A stretch of 64,000 bases of DNA. Source: Candidatus Iainarchaeum sp. Lineage in GTDB: Archaea; Iainarchaeota; Iainarchaeia; Iainarchaeales; JAFCCW01. The position numbers and the translations under genes were made by a program. Where the stretch lies: positions 23,558 through 87,557 of the forward strand of contig JAFCCW010000004.1 in the NCBI GenBank assembly GCA_017609985.1, read 5' to 3'. The stretch's first letter is position 1. Each line of letters opens with the position of its first letter. Below the pieces are notes generated by a model. It worked only from the letters and a program-made list of their open reading frames with translations, did no database searches and was not told the DNA's origin. Positions 17,904 to 28,158 of this stretch are shown in pieces.

Positions 17904-19355
17904 TTATCCCTTTATGCAAACAACAGGTTTCAATCCAACAACTTTTTCCGTAATTCCTGCCTTGTGCATTACTTCAACAACATCAACAACATCTTTGTAT
18001 GCGTCCGGGGCCTCTTCTGCAATCCCTTTGATTGAACGTGCTTTGATTATTATTCCTTTTTCTTTGAGTTTTCTGACTACTTCCTCTCCCTTCCATTTCT
18101 TTGTTGCTGCTGTTCTTGACATGCTTCTTCCCGCTCCGTGGATAGTGCTTCCAAAAGTCTCATCCATTCCTTTTTCTGTGCCCTTAAGAAGATATGAAGA
18201 CGTGCCCATCGTGCCCCCAACAATCACTGGCTGGCCTATACTCCTGTATTTCTCTGGAACTTCCTCTCTTCCAGGTCCGAATCCTCTTGTGCTCCCCTTT
18301 CTCTGCACTAAAACATTCTTTCCTTTACCTAAAATCTTATGTTTCTCTATTTTTGCGGTATTATGTCCTATATCATAAACCTGCTTGATTTCCTTTTCTC
18401 CAACTCCAAAAACCTCGGCAAACGCTTGTCTTGCAAGATGTGCAATAACCTGGCGGTTAGCAAAAGCAGTATTTATTCCTGCTTTTACTGCTGAAAAAAA
18501 TTCCTGTCCTTCTTCGCTTTCAATCGGAGCACAAACAAGTTCTCTTTCAGCAATCTCTATTCCATACTTTTTTCTTGCGCTATCTAGTTTTCCAAGATAG
18601 TCTGTTCCAATCTGGTGACCGAGAGCACGGGAACCACAGTGAATGCTTATCAAAGTCTGTTCTTTCTCCAACCCATAGGTTTTTGCTGCTTCTTCATCAA
18701 AAATTTCTTCAACAAACTGAACTTCAGCATAGTGATTTCCACTTCCAAGAGTACCAATCTGCTTGAAAGCACGTTTTTTTGCCTTTTGAGACACGTGCTC
18801 TGGCCCAGCCCCCTTTATTTTTCCGCCTTCCTCTGTAAACTGCAAATCCTCTTTTAATCCATATCCTTGTTTTACTACATACTCTGCTCCATTCACAATT
18901 ACTTCATCAAGCTCTGCTTCATTCAATCTAAGCTTTCCAGTGCTTCCAAGTCCTGCTGGGATGTGTTTGAACAATGCATCTGCAAGTTCTTCTTTTTTCT
19001 TTTTCACTTCCTGCTTCGTAAACGGAGTTGCAAGAGTTCTTACTCCACAATTAATGTCAAAGCCAACTGCTCCGAAGGTAATTACTCCTTCTTGCAGGTC
19101 TGAAGCAATCACTCCTCCTATTGGGGCTCCGTAGCCTGGATGCACATCGGCAAGAGCAAGAGAATATTTTTCCACTCCTGGAAGCATTGCAACATTCTTT
19201 ATCTGTCTTAACGCACTCCAAGCCTCTGGTCTTGACTCTTCTTCCACGAGCTGTTCCATTATTTGCTTGTTTCCATAGAACCTGCCTGGAACAGTCATCT
19301 TTCCTTGTTTGGGAATTTCCCAGACAAACTCTTCGATTTGCTTTAATTCAGTCAT
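17904..19355 (-). CDS. rtcB: RNA-splicing ligase RtcB
   Basis: Motifs DVHPGYG, GFDINCG, GTLGSGNH, HCGSR, HGAGR and EEAPDAYK. Confidence 0.97.
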   Translation of the reverse strand: MTELKQIEEFVWEIPKQGKMTVPGRFYGNKQIMEQLVEEESRPEAWSALRQIKNVAMLPGVEKYSLALADVHPGYGAPIGGVIASDLQEGVITFGAVGFDINCGVRTLATPFTKQEVKKKKEELADALFKHIPAGLGSTGKLRLNEAELDEVIVNGAEYVVKQGYGLKEDLQFTEEGGKIKGAGPEHVSQKAKKRAFKQIGTLGSGNHYAEVQFVEEIFDEEAAKTYGLEKEQTLISIHCGSRALGHQIGTDYLGKLDSARKKYGIEIAERELVCAPIESEEGQEFFSAVKAGINTAFANRQVIAHLARQAFAEVFGVGEKEIKQVYDIGHNTAKIEKHKILGKGKNVLVQRKGSTRGFGPGREEVPEKYRSIGQPVIVGGTMGTSSYLLKGTEKGMDETFGSTIHGAGRSMSRTAATKKWKGEEVVRKLKEKGIIIKARSIKGIAEEAPDAYKDVVDVVEVMHKAGITEKVVGLKPVVCIKG

Positions 19356-19408
19356 TTTATCACTCAAAAAAATAGTCTAACAAAAACCTTAATAGTATAC
19401 ATCAAATA

Positions 19409-19828
19409 CTAGACATCCACAATACACTGTGCTTTCCAGATAATATCTTCTCTCTCCACTCTCAACCCCGAGTAGGTTGCTGCTTTTACTTCAGTTTTGA
19501 CTTCCTGCGCATCATTCATTTTTTCACCAAAAACTTTTCCGTTTAACTCATATCCTTTTCTTTTCTTTTTTATTTCCTTAATCTCAAAACCAGAGAAAAA
19601 CATGCTGTGCACATCCTTTAAGTAAAGCAGTTCATTAAGCCATTCAACAAGCAGTTGTTCTAAATCATAGCTTGTAACTATAACTTCTTTTTCTTCTTTC
19701 TTCTCAATCTGCTCCAAATCAATCATTATTGAAAACATTGCTTTTGCACACTCAGAAAAAGCTTCTTCTCTACTTTTTCCAACACCCCTAATTCCCATAT
19801 CTGCCTTGTGCTCAAAAGTCTCAAACAT
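19409..19828 (-). CDS. Archease (RtcB cofactor)
   Basis: Motifs EHKADMG, WLNELLY, EVKAATY and C-terminal DV; adjacent to rtcB. Confidence 0.95.
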   Translation of the reverse strand: MFETFEHKADMGIRGVGKSREEAFSECAKAMFSIMIDLEQIEKKEEKEVIVTSYDLEQLLVEWLNELLYLKDVHSMFFSGFEIKEIKKKRKGYELNGKVFGEKMNDAQEVKTEVKAATYSGLRVEREDIIWKAQCIVDV

Positions 19829-19838
19829 TTTTTACTCT

Positions 19839-20288
19839 TCACTCCAAATCCATTATCTTGTCAACGCGCCTTTTGTGCCTTTCCCCATCTGGCTTGTTTC
19901 CATCAAACTCTGCGTCAAAAAATGCAGCAAGACAGGTTTTAGCAGTCTCAAGCTCAAGAACCCGGGCTCCGACACAAACAAGGTTTGCGTTGTTATGTTC
20001 TTTTGCAGCTCTGCCAGTAAATTCGTTATGTATAACTGCCGCTCTGATTCCCTTAATTTTTCCGGAAGCCATGCTCATTCCAATTCCTGTTCCACACACA
20101 AGCACTCCATAGTCTGCTTTTCCACCTGCTACTGTTCTTGCAACTTTTTCTGCATAATCAGGATAGTCTACGCTTTCTTCATTGTCTGGCCCAGCATCTT
20201 CTACTTCATAGCCTCTTTCTTTCAAGAATTCTTTCAAACCTTTTTTGTATTCTACTCCTGCATGATCGCTTCCAATAACAACTTTCAT
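19839..20288 (-). CDS. rpiB: Ribose 5-phosphate isomerase B
   Basis: Motifs GSDHAG, DYPD, CGTGIGMS, EHNNAN and RHKRRV. Confidence 0.95.
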   Translation of the reverse strand: MKVVIGSDHAGVEYKKGLKEFLKERGYEVEDAGPDNEESVDYPDYAEKVARTVAGGKADYGVLVCGTGIGMSMASGKIKGIRAAVIHNEFTGRAAKEHNNANLVCVGARVLELETAKTCLAAFFDAEFDGNKPDGERHKRRVDKIMDLE

Positions 20289-20911
20289 TATATCACGTCC
20301 TCTGACTTGCACTCTCCCAATCTATCAAGACAGTCTTCCTTTATTTCTTCATCTACTTCAGTACAAAGCTGTTCCAGTTTACTTAATTGGTCACAAACCT
20401 CTTGAGAAACAATATTTCTCAAAACAGTCTTATAACAGCCCTGCTTGTTTGCTTCGATTGAAATATTTTCACAAACAAATGGATTGTCTGTGTAAATAGC
20501 CACGCTGTAAAAACAGAATCTCTGATCGTCTATTGGAAGACTTTTGCATAGGGAAGCATCTTCTAAAATTGACGCAATTCCTGAAACACAATCAAGTCTA
20601 GTATATTCATCTTCAATGCTGTTGCAATAGCTTATGTTTTCTTCTTCAAGTGAAAGCTCTTTGTAACAATAGTCCCTTGAAACTCCTTCTTCTCGCTCAG
20701 CACACTCTGGACTTTGTTTAATCTGCCAGTCCTCTAGTTCTGGTTCTGGCACGTCATCAGGAGTCAGGTTTTCGAATTCTTGATTGCTTATTTCCGCAAG
20801 ATTAAGACTGTCTTTTTCTTCCACAGTCTTTTTACTCGCTGGAGAAAATAGTGTAATTGCTAAAAATACTAGTGCAAGTGCAATCACTGCGTGCTTCCAG
20901 TTTAAGTCCAT
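20288..20911 (-). CDS. Secreted/membrane-anchored Cys-repeat hypothetical protein
   Basis: N-terminal hydrophobic segment followed by ~25-aa periodic Cys-containing repeats. Confidence 0.7.
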   Translation of the reverse strand: MDLNWKHAVIALALVFLAITLFSPASKKTVEEKDSLNLAEISNQEFENLTPDDVPEPELEDWQIKQSPECAEREEGVSRDYCYKELSLEEENISYCNSIEDEYTRLDCVSGIASILEDASLCKSLPIDDQRFCFYSVAIYTDNPFVCENISIEANKQGCYKTVLRNIVSQEVCDQLSKLEQLCTEVDEEIKEDCLDRLGECKSEDVI

Positions 20912-21021
20912 TCAAACCATTAGAAGATAGTTCTTTGAATTTAAATAGTTTTCTAAAAAACTTTTCTACAATGTTTAGTTGCTTTACTTCTTTGATTTCA
21001 AAAAGTTTTCTAAAAAAGGTT

Positions 21022-21330
21022 CTAGTCTCTTAGCTCAATTTCTACATGCACGTCTTCTGGAATTTCAACACGCATAATTCTTCTAAGCGTACTTTCGTCT
21101 GCTTTGATGTCAATTAGCCTTTTGTGAATTCGCATTTCCCATTTTTCATAGGTTTCTGTTCCGCCACCGCAAGGACTCTTTCGGGTTGGAATAACGAGTT
21201 TTTTTGTTGGCAATGGCACTGGACCAGAGTACTTAGCACCTGTTCGCTCAGCTACTGCAATCACCTGTCTGGCGATTTCATCAACGCGCTCGAAACTTTT
21301 CGAACTCAGTTTTACTCTAGCTTTCTGCAT
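21022..21330 (-). CDS. rps10: 30S ribosomal protein uS10
   Basis: Motifs [15 protein letters not shown] and [11 protein letters not shown]. Confidence 0.98.
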   Translation of the reverse strand: MQKARVKLSSKSFERVDEIARQVIAVAERTGAKYSGPVPLPTKKLVIPTRKSPCGGGTETYEKWEMRIHKRLIDIKADESTLRRIMRVEIPEDVHVEIELRD

Positions 21331-21365
21331 AACCAATCAACTCAATTAAAAGCAATTAAGCCTTT

Positions 21366-21394
21366 TTTCCCTAAAAATAAAAAAAATAGGGAAA
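21366..21394 (-). terminator. Hairpin with U-rich loop between tuf and rps10 (possible terminator or processing site)
   Basis: Inverted repeat tttcccta/tagggaaa immediately after the tuf stop codon. Confidence 0.35.
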
Positions 21395-21399
21395 GAACA

Positions 21400-22668
21400 T
21401 CACTCTTTTGGAGTGATGCCTGTTACCATTCCTGCAGCTACTGTCTGGCCCATATCTCTGATTGCGAACCTTCCAAGCTGTGGGAATGCCTTGTATTCCT
21501 CTACAACAACTGGTCGAGTTGGAACAATCTTTACGATTGCTGCATCTCCTGTTTTGAGGAATTTTGGATTCTCTTCCTTGACGTTTCCTGTTTTAGGATC
21601 AAGAGATTTTTGCAATTCTGTCAAAGTACAGCTGAGCTGTTCTGTGTGCATATGGAACACTGGAGTGTATCCTGCAGGAATTGCAGTAGGATGACTTAAC
21701 ACAACAATCTGTGCAGTGAACTCTTTTGCCACTGAAGGCGGATTGTTTGTGTGACCAAGCACGTGTCCTCTTTTGACCTGTGTCTTGTCAAGTCCTCTTA
21801 CATTGAATCCAATATTGTCACCTGGCACTGCTTGTGGCAACTGTTCGTGGTGCATTTCAACAGTTTTTACTTCTCCTGTTGCACCTGATGGTTGCACAAT
21901 AATTTGGTCTCCAGGCTTAATTATTCCTGTTTCCACTCTGCCGACAGGAACCATTCCAACACCCTTTATGTTGTAGACATCCTGAATTGGAAGTCTCAGT
22001 GGTTTGTCTGTTGGTGGCTCTGGTGCAATAAGGTCGTCTAAAGCATCAATTAGGGTTGGCCCAGAATACCAAGGCATTTTTTCTGTCTTTTTTGCAACAT
22101 TATCGCCTTCCCACGCTGAAACAGGGATATATTTGACTGTTTCTGCCTTGAATCCGATTCCGCCAAGCAATTTTTCCATTTCACCCTTGATTTCCTTGAA
22201 CTTGCCTTCTTCATAGCCGACTTCATCCATCTTGTTAATGGCTATAGTAAGCTGCTTTATTCCCATTACCTGGGAAAGAAATGCATGTTCTTTTGTCTGA
22301 GGCTTTACTCCCTCTTTTGCAGCAACAACCAGTACAGCAGCGTCTGCCTGACTTGTTCCTGTAATCATGTTCTTTACAAAATCTTTATGTCCAGGAGCGT
22401 CAATTATTGTAAAGTCGTTCTTTTTTCCTTCAAACTTCTTGTAAGCAACATCAATTGTTACTCCGCGCTCTCTTTCCTCTTTTAGATTGTCCATTGCATA
22501 AGCAAAGGCAAAAGTTCCTTTTCCTTTTTCCTTAGCTTCTGCTTCCAGCTTTCTGTACTCCTGCTCACTCAAAGAGCCAGAGTCGTACAACAGCCTTCCG
22601 ACAAGTGTAGACTTTCCATGGTCAACGTGACCAATGAAAACCAAATTCAAGTGTGGTTTATCTGCCAT
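21400..22668 (-). CDS. tuf: Translation elongation factor 1-alpha
   Basis: Motifs [23 protein letters not shown] and GRFAIRDM. Confidence 0.99.
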   Translation of the reverse strand: MADKPHLNLVFIGHVDHGKSTLVGRLLYDSGSLSEQEYRKLEAEAKEKGKGTFAFAYAMDNLKEERERGVTIDVAYKKFEGKKNDFTIIDAPGHKDFVKNMITGTSQADAAVLVVAAKEGVKPQTKEHAFLSQVMGIKQLTIAINKMDEVGYEEGKFKEIKGEMEKLLGGIGFKAETVKYIPVSAWEGDNVAKKTEKMPWYSGPTLIDALDDLIAPEPPTDKPLRLPIQDVYNIKGVGMVPVGRVETGIIKPGDQIIVQPSGATGEVKTVEMHHEQLPQAVPGDNIGFNVRGLDKTQVKRGHVLGHTNNPPSVAKEFTAQIVVLSHPTAIPAGYTPVFHMHTEQLSCTLTELQKSLDPKTGNVKEENPKFLKTGDAAIVKIVPTRPVVVEEYKAFPQLGRFAIRDMGQTVAAGMVTGITPKE

Positions 22669-22803
22669 AAAATCCCTCCAATTTATTGATGCTTTAGCGT
22701 AAACAATTCTTAATCGAAAGTATTAAAAAACTAAATTCAAGCGAAATTCCGCTAAATCACTAACTTATATGGCCTCACAATGTTTTAAAATCTATTGATA
22801 TTT

Positions 22804-24996
22804 TTACTCCAGGAAGAAGTTGAATGCTTTGACTGATTCAGACATTCCCTTTCTTAATCTAATTTCCTTGATTGTTTTCTCCTGCAGTTCGTAAGGCAAA
22901 AGCTCGTAGCCAGCATACTCTGCTGTCCAGATAGCTCTTCCCTGTGTAGCAGAACGCATGTCTCCTGCAAATCCAATTAATTCTTTTACTGGGGCTTTTG
23001 CAATAATTATTGAACTGTCTCCCTCTTGCCTCATTTCGTTAATTTGAGTTCTTCTCTGTCCTAATTCTTTTGAAACTGCTCCCATATAATCCTGTGGCAC
23101 AGTAATTGTAAGAGTTTGCTTTGGTTCAAACAATTTTGTTCCAGCCTGCAACATACAAGCATAAATTCCTCTTGTGATTGCTGGCAAGACCTGTGCTGGT
23201 CCTCTGTGAATTGCATCCTCATGCAAGGTTGCATCTTCTAACAATAACATAACTCCAAAACATTTTTCTTTTGCAAGTGGTCCAGCATCCATTGCATCCT
23301 GAAAACCCTGTATTACAAGTTCTCTAATCTCGTGCAATGCATCAATTCCTCTGGTTGAATCAATCAACACATTGTTGTTGTGCACACACCAGATTTTCTT
23401 TGAAACATCAGTTTCAAAACCAATTTCCTGGAATTTTGCAATCATTTCCTTGTCTTTTGCTTTTACTTTTTGGTTAATCTTTTTCTCTATAAGTTTTTCA
23501 AGAATTGCTTCAGAAATAGGCTTTACACTAATCTTGAATTTATTATGCTTGTTTGGACTTTTTGCTTCAAGTGTCTCGCTGTTATTGTCAATTGTTTCTC
23601 TGTACACAACAATTGGTGGAGAAACCTCTATTGGAATTCCATGATGCTTCTCAATCCTGTACTGTGTAATTTCAAGATGTAATTCTCCCATTCCGCTCAA
23701 CAGATGTTCTCCTGTTTCCTGATTGAGTGTTGCTTTTATGTTTGGATCCTCTTTTGTAATCTGTCTAATAACCTCGATAAGCTTTGGAAGATCCTTTGTT
23801 TCCTTTGCTTCAACAGAAATTGTAATCACTGGCTCTGCATCTGACTTAAAGCTTTCAAATTCAGCTATTTCTTGTTCAGAAACAGTTTCTCCAGTATAAA
23901 CTTCTCTTAATCCAACAAGTGCAGCAATGTTTCCCGCAGGAACTTTGTCTGTTTCAACAAAATCCGGGCCCATAAAAACACCAACTTTTTGAAGTACAGC
24001 ATCTTTTTTTGCTCCAATCAATTTGATTGGATTTCCCTTTTTTGCAGTTCCGCTGTAAATTCTGCCTGTTGCAATATCTCCTGCGTGCTTGTCAACACTC
24101 ACATCAGTAACCATCATTGCAAATGGAGCATTTTCATCACATTCAATCATTCCCTTTCCAACCTTGCTTTCAGAATCTCCTGCCCAGATTTCTTTTGATC
24201 TGTATTTTTGTGCAGAAAGCGGATTTGGAAGATGGTCCACAATCATATTAAGAACTGCTGTTGAAAGCGGAGACTTTTTTGCAAGCTCATCCTGCTTTTC
24301 ATCTTTCATAAAATTGTAAACTTCCTTGAAAGAAATTCCTGTTTTCTGCATTGTTGGAACTGAAACAGCCCATTTGTGATATGCAGAACCAAAAGTAACT
24401 GAACCATTCTTTACATCCACAATCCAGTCTTCTAGATATTGTTTAGGCGCATTCTTTTTGATTAACTTGTTTACCTGTGAAATAACCTTGACAAACTTTT
24501 CCTGCATCTGCTCTTCTGTAACCTGCAATTCATTAATCAGTCTGTCCACCTTGTTAATGAACAAAACAGGTTTTGCCATTTCCTTCAGAGCCTGTCTAAT
24601 AACTGTTTCTGTTTGAGGCATTACTCCCTCTACAGCGTCAACTACAAGAACAACTCCGTCAACAGCTCTCATTGCTCTTATAACGTCTCCTCCAAAATCA
24701 ACATGCCCTGGAGTGTCAATAACATTAATCAAGTGTTCTACTTCATCTTTTTTGTAAAGCAATGAAATATTTGCAGCATTAATTGTAATTCCTCTCTCTT
24801 GCTCCTGGTCTTCTGAATCCATAAACAATTGTTTTCCCGCAAGCTCTTCACTCATTAGCCCTGATGCAGCAATAAGTGAATCAGTCATAGTGGTTTTTCC
24901 ATGGTCTATGTGAGCAACTATTCCTATGTTTCTTATGTTTTCTCTGTTTTCCATAAGCTTTTCAGCCAGCTTCACAATATCTTCTTTTTTTGCCAT
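22804..24996 (-). CDS. fusA: Translation elongation factor 2
   Basis: Motifs AHIDHGKTT, DTPGH and NKVD; diphthamide loop HEDAIHRGPAQ is intact. Confidence 0.99.
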   Translation of the reverse strand: MAKKEDIVKLAEKLMENRENIRNIGIVAHIDHGKTTMTDSLIAASGLMSEELAGKQLFMDSEDQEQERGITINAANISLLYKKDEVEHLINVIDTPGHVDFGGDVIRAMRAVDGVVLVVDAVEGVMPQTETVIRQALKEMAKPVLFINKVDRLINELQVTEEQMQEKFVKVISQVNKLIKKNAPKQYLEDWIVDVKNGSVTFGSAYHKWAVSVPTMQKTGISFKEVYNFMKDEKQDELAKKSPLSTAVLNMIVDHLPNPLSAQKYRSKEIWAGDSESKVGKGMIECDENAPFAMMVTDVSVDKHAGDIATGRIYSGTAKKGNPIKLIGAKKDAVLQKVGVFMGPDFVETDKVPAGNIAALVGLREVYTGETVSEQEIAEFESFKSDAEPVITISVEAKETKDLPKLIEVIRQITKEDPNIKATLNQETGEHLLSGMGELHLEITQYRIEKHHGIPIEVSPPIVVYRETIDNNSETLEAKSPNKHNKFKISVKPISEAILEKLIEKKINQKVKAKDKEMIAKFQEIGFETDVSKKIWCVHNNNVLIDSTRGIDALHEIRELVIQGFQDAMDAGPLAKEKCFGVMLLLEDATLHEDAIHRGPAQVLPAITRGIYACMLQAGTKLFEPKQTLTITVPQDYMGAVSKELGQRRTQINEMRQEGDSSIIIAKAPVKELIGFAGDMRSATQGRAIWTAEYAGYELLPYELQEKTIKEIRLRKGMSESVKAFNFFLE

Positions 24997-25040
24997 AAAC
25001 ACCACGTCCATTCATAAATGCATTTAATCAATAACTCTAA

Positions 25041-25643
25041 TTACCTGCTTGCTTTTGCAATTCTTTCAACTTCATCTCTTCTCTTCACAGAAAAGCTTTT
25101 TTTGTCCTCGTCTGCTGCAAGAATAAGCTCGTTTGCAAGAGCATCCTCTGCACTTGTTTTATTGTTGAACGAAGAAGAGAATCCTGCAAGTGCAATATTT
25201 TTAACAGCTTCATCAACTCTTTTCAGTGGAGCAATATCAACTGCCTGTGAATAAGAAATTCCCCCTCTTTTAATTCTGGTTATGTCCTCTCTTGGAGCTG
25301 CATTTTCTATTGCAGTAATCAAAACCTGAACAGGATTTTTCTTTGTTTTTTGTTCAACTATTTCGAAAGCGTTTTCTACAATTCTCATTGCCTGAAGTTT
25401 TTTTCCGCAGCTTCCTCTGCCTCGGATGTATTTTCCGCTAAGTTTTCTTTTTCCCTGTCCGCTTCTCATAATCTTGTTAATTAGTCTTTCAACAATAGCA
25501 ATATTTGCTTTTTCAAATTTCTTTGTAGTATTTTGTCCAAAACTATGAGGAATAGTTTTTGACTCAAGATTTATATATCTTGCAAGACCTGAATCTCTTA
25601 CCTTAATTTCTTTTGTGTCCCATCTGTCGAAAATCAGCGTCAT
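25041..25643 (-). CDS. rps7: 30S ribosomal protein uS7
   Basis: Motifs IVERLINK, NPVQVL..AIENAAPRE and ERIAKASR. Confidence 0.98.
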   Translation of the reverse strand: MTLIFDRWDTKEIKVRDSGLARYINLESKTIPHSFGQNTTKKFEKANIAIVERLINKIMRSGQGKRKLSGKYIRGRGSCGKKLQAMRIVENAFEIVEQKTKKNPVQVLITAIENAAPREDITRIKRGGISYSQAVDIAPLKRVDEAVKNIALAGFSSSFNNKTSAEDALANELILAADEDKKSFSVKRRDEVERIAKASR

Positions 25644-25652
25644 TCAACTCAC

Positions 25653-26075
25653 CTATCGCTTAACCTTTTCTTTTCTTCCAGATCTCAGCATTTCAAGACT
25701 CTGGTTATTAACCTTTATAACTTTGTATTTAACTCCCCAAAGATCTCCTGGAGCACCGCCTTTTCTTCCTCCAAGACCCTCCACGATAACTTCATCGTGT
25801 TCATCAATATACTTTATTGCCCCATCTTTTGGAGCAAAAGCTGTTAATTCTCTTCCATTCTTTATAAGCTGAACTCTTACACATTTTCTGATTCCTGAAT
25901 TTGGCTGTCTTGCAGTAACTCCTCTTTTTTCAATTACAAGACCTCTTCCCTGCGGGCTTCCTTCAAGCAAGTCAGATTTTTTCTTCTTATGTCTCTTTTT
26001 TTGGCGAGGATCCTTATGTTTCCATTTCTTTCGCTTTTTTTCAAGTTGTCTTGCTGAAAATTCACCTTTAGCCAT
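25653..26075 (-). CDS. rps12: 30S ribosomal protein uS12
   Basis: Motifs [18 protein letters not shown] and TAFAPKDG. Confidence 0.97.
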   Translation of the reverse strand: MAKGEFSARQLEKKRKKWKHKDPRQKKRHKKKKSDLLEGSPQGRGLVIEKRGVTARQPNSGIRKCVRVQLIKNGRELTAFAPKDGAIKYIDEHDEVIVEGLGGRKGGAPGDLWGVKYKVIKVNNQSLEMLRSGRKEKVKR

Positions 26076-26079
26076 AAAT

Positions 26080-26493
26080 TCACCTAATCATCATGTTTCC
26101 TATGTTATAATTTCTTTCGGCAATCATTTTAACTCTTTTTAATTTTCTTCCTCTTTCCCTGATTTTTATCTTGCTTTCTGGCGAAAGAGAAACAATTGCT
26201 TCCTTACTGCCATTTTCTTCAACAACATTAACTTTGTCAAAATTTATTTCACTCATTGCTGCTTTTAGAAAAGAACCAAAATCCTGATTGTATGACAGAA
26301 TTTCAATCTTTTTTCCAAGTGCATCATTGAGTTTTTTAACATTCACCGCCTTTTTTCCAATTGCTTTTCCAACATCCTTCGGGGGCACGAGAAAAGAAAC
26401 TATTTCTCGGTCAACCACACAGTCTCTTGCACTCACACCAGATATTGATTCAAGTGCGTTAATCATTCTTATCTGGTCTTCATCAATTTTCAT
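26080..26493 (-). CDS. nusA: Archaeal NusA
   Basis: KH motif VGKAIGKK; lies between L30e and S12. Confidence 0.92.
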   Translation of the reverse strand: MKIDEDQIRMINALESISGVSARDCVVDREIVSFLVPPKDVGKAIGKKAVNVKKLNDALGKKIEILSYNQDFGSFLKAAMSEINFDKVNVVEENGSKEAIVSLSPESKIKIRERGRKLKRVKMIAERNYNIGNMMIR

Positions 26494-26804
26494 GCATTCC
26501 CCTTTCCCTTGACTAAGTCAAGCACTTTGCTTTTTCCAACATTTTCTATAGTAAGAGCGGAAATTACAAATGGTTTTCCACAAATGCTTCCCAATGCAGA
26601 AGCAGGTTCTCCAAATTCATAATGTGGAATTCCTGCAACTTTTCCAAGCTGTATAAGTTTTTCTTTAACATTTTCAACTGTATTAGAGCTAAACACAATA
26701 AGTTTTGCACTTCCAGTTAACAGAGCTTTCTCACTCTGTCTGACACCAAAAAGCACTTTGCCAGTGTCAACAGCTCTTCTGATTTCACGTTTTTCATCAA
26801 CCAT
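26490..26804 (-). CDS. rpl30e: 50S ribosomal protein L30e
   Basis: Motifs AVDTGKVLFG and LGSICGKPF. Confidence 0.96.
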   Translation of the reverse strand: MVDEKREIRRAVDTGKVLFGVRQSEKALLTGSAKLIVFSSNTVENVKEKLIQLGKVAGIPHYEFGEPASALGSICGKPFVISALTIENVGKSKVLDLVKGKGNA

Positions 26805-26837
26805 TCAGGCCACTCTCAAGTATTCAAATCAAAAAAC

Positions 26838-26884
26838 CACTAGAGAAAAAGTATTTGAAACGCCTTCACATTTTTTCTCCAGCG
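26838..26884 (-). promoter_or_regulatory. Long hairpin in the putative 5' leader of rpl30e-nusA-rps12-rps7
   Basis: 13-bp stem CGCUGGAGAAAAA/UUUUUCUCUAGUG starting ~23 nt downstream of a TTTAAAAA TATA-like box. Confidence 0.45.
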
Positions 26885-26922
26885 TTAACATATTTCCCAA
26901 GCTAATGTTTTTAAATGAAATG

Positions 26923-28158
<1,236 letters not shown>

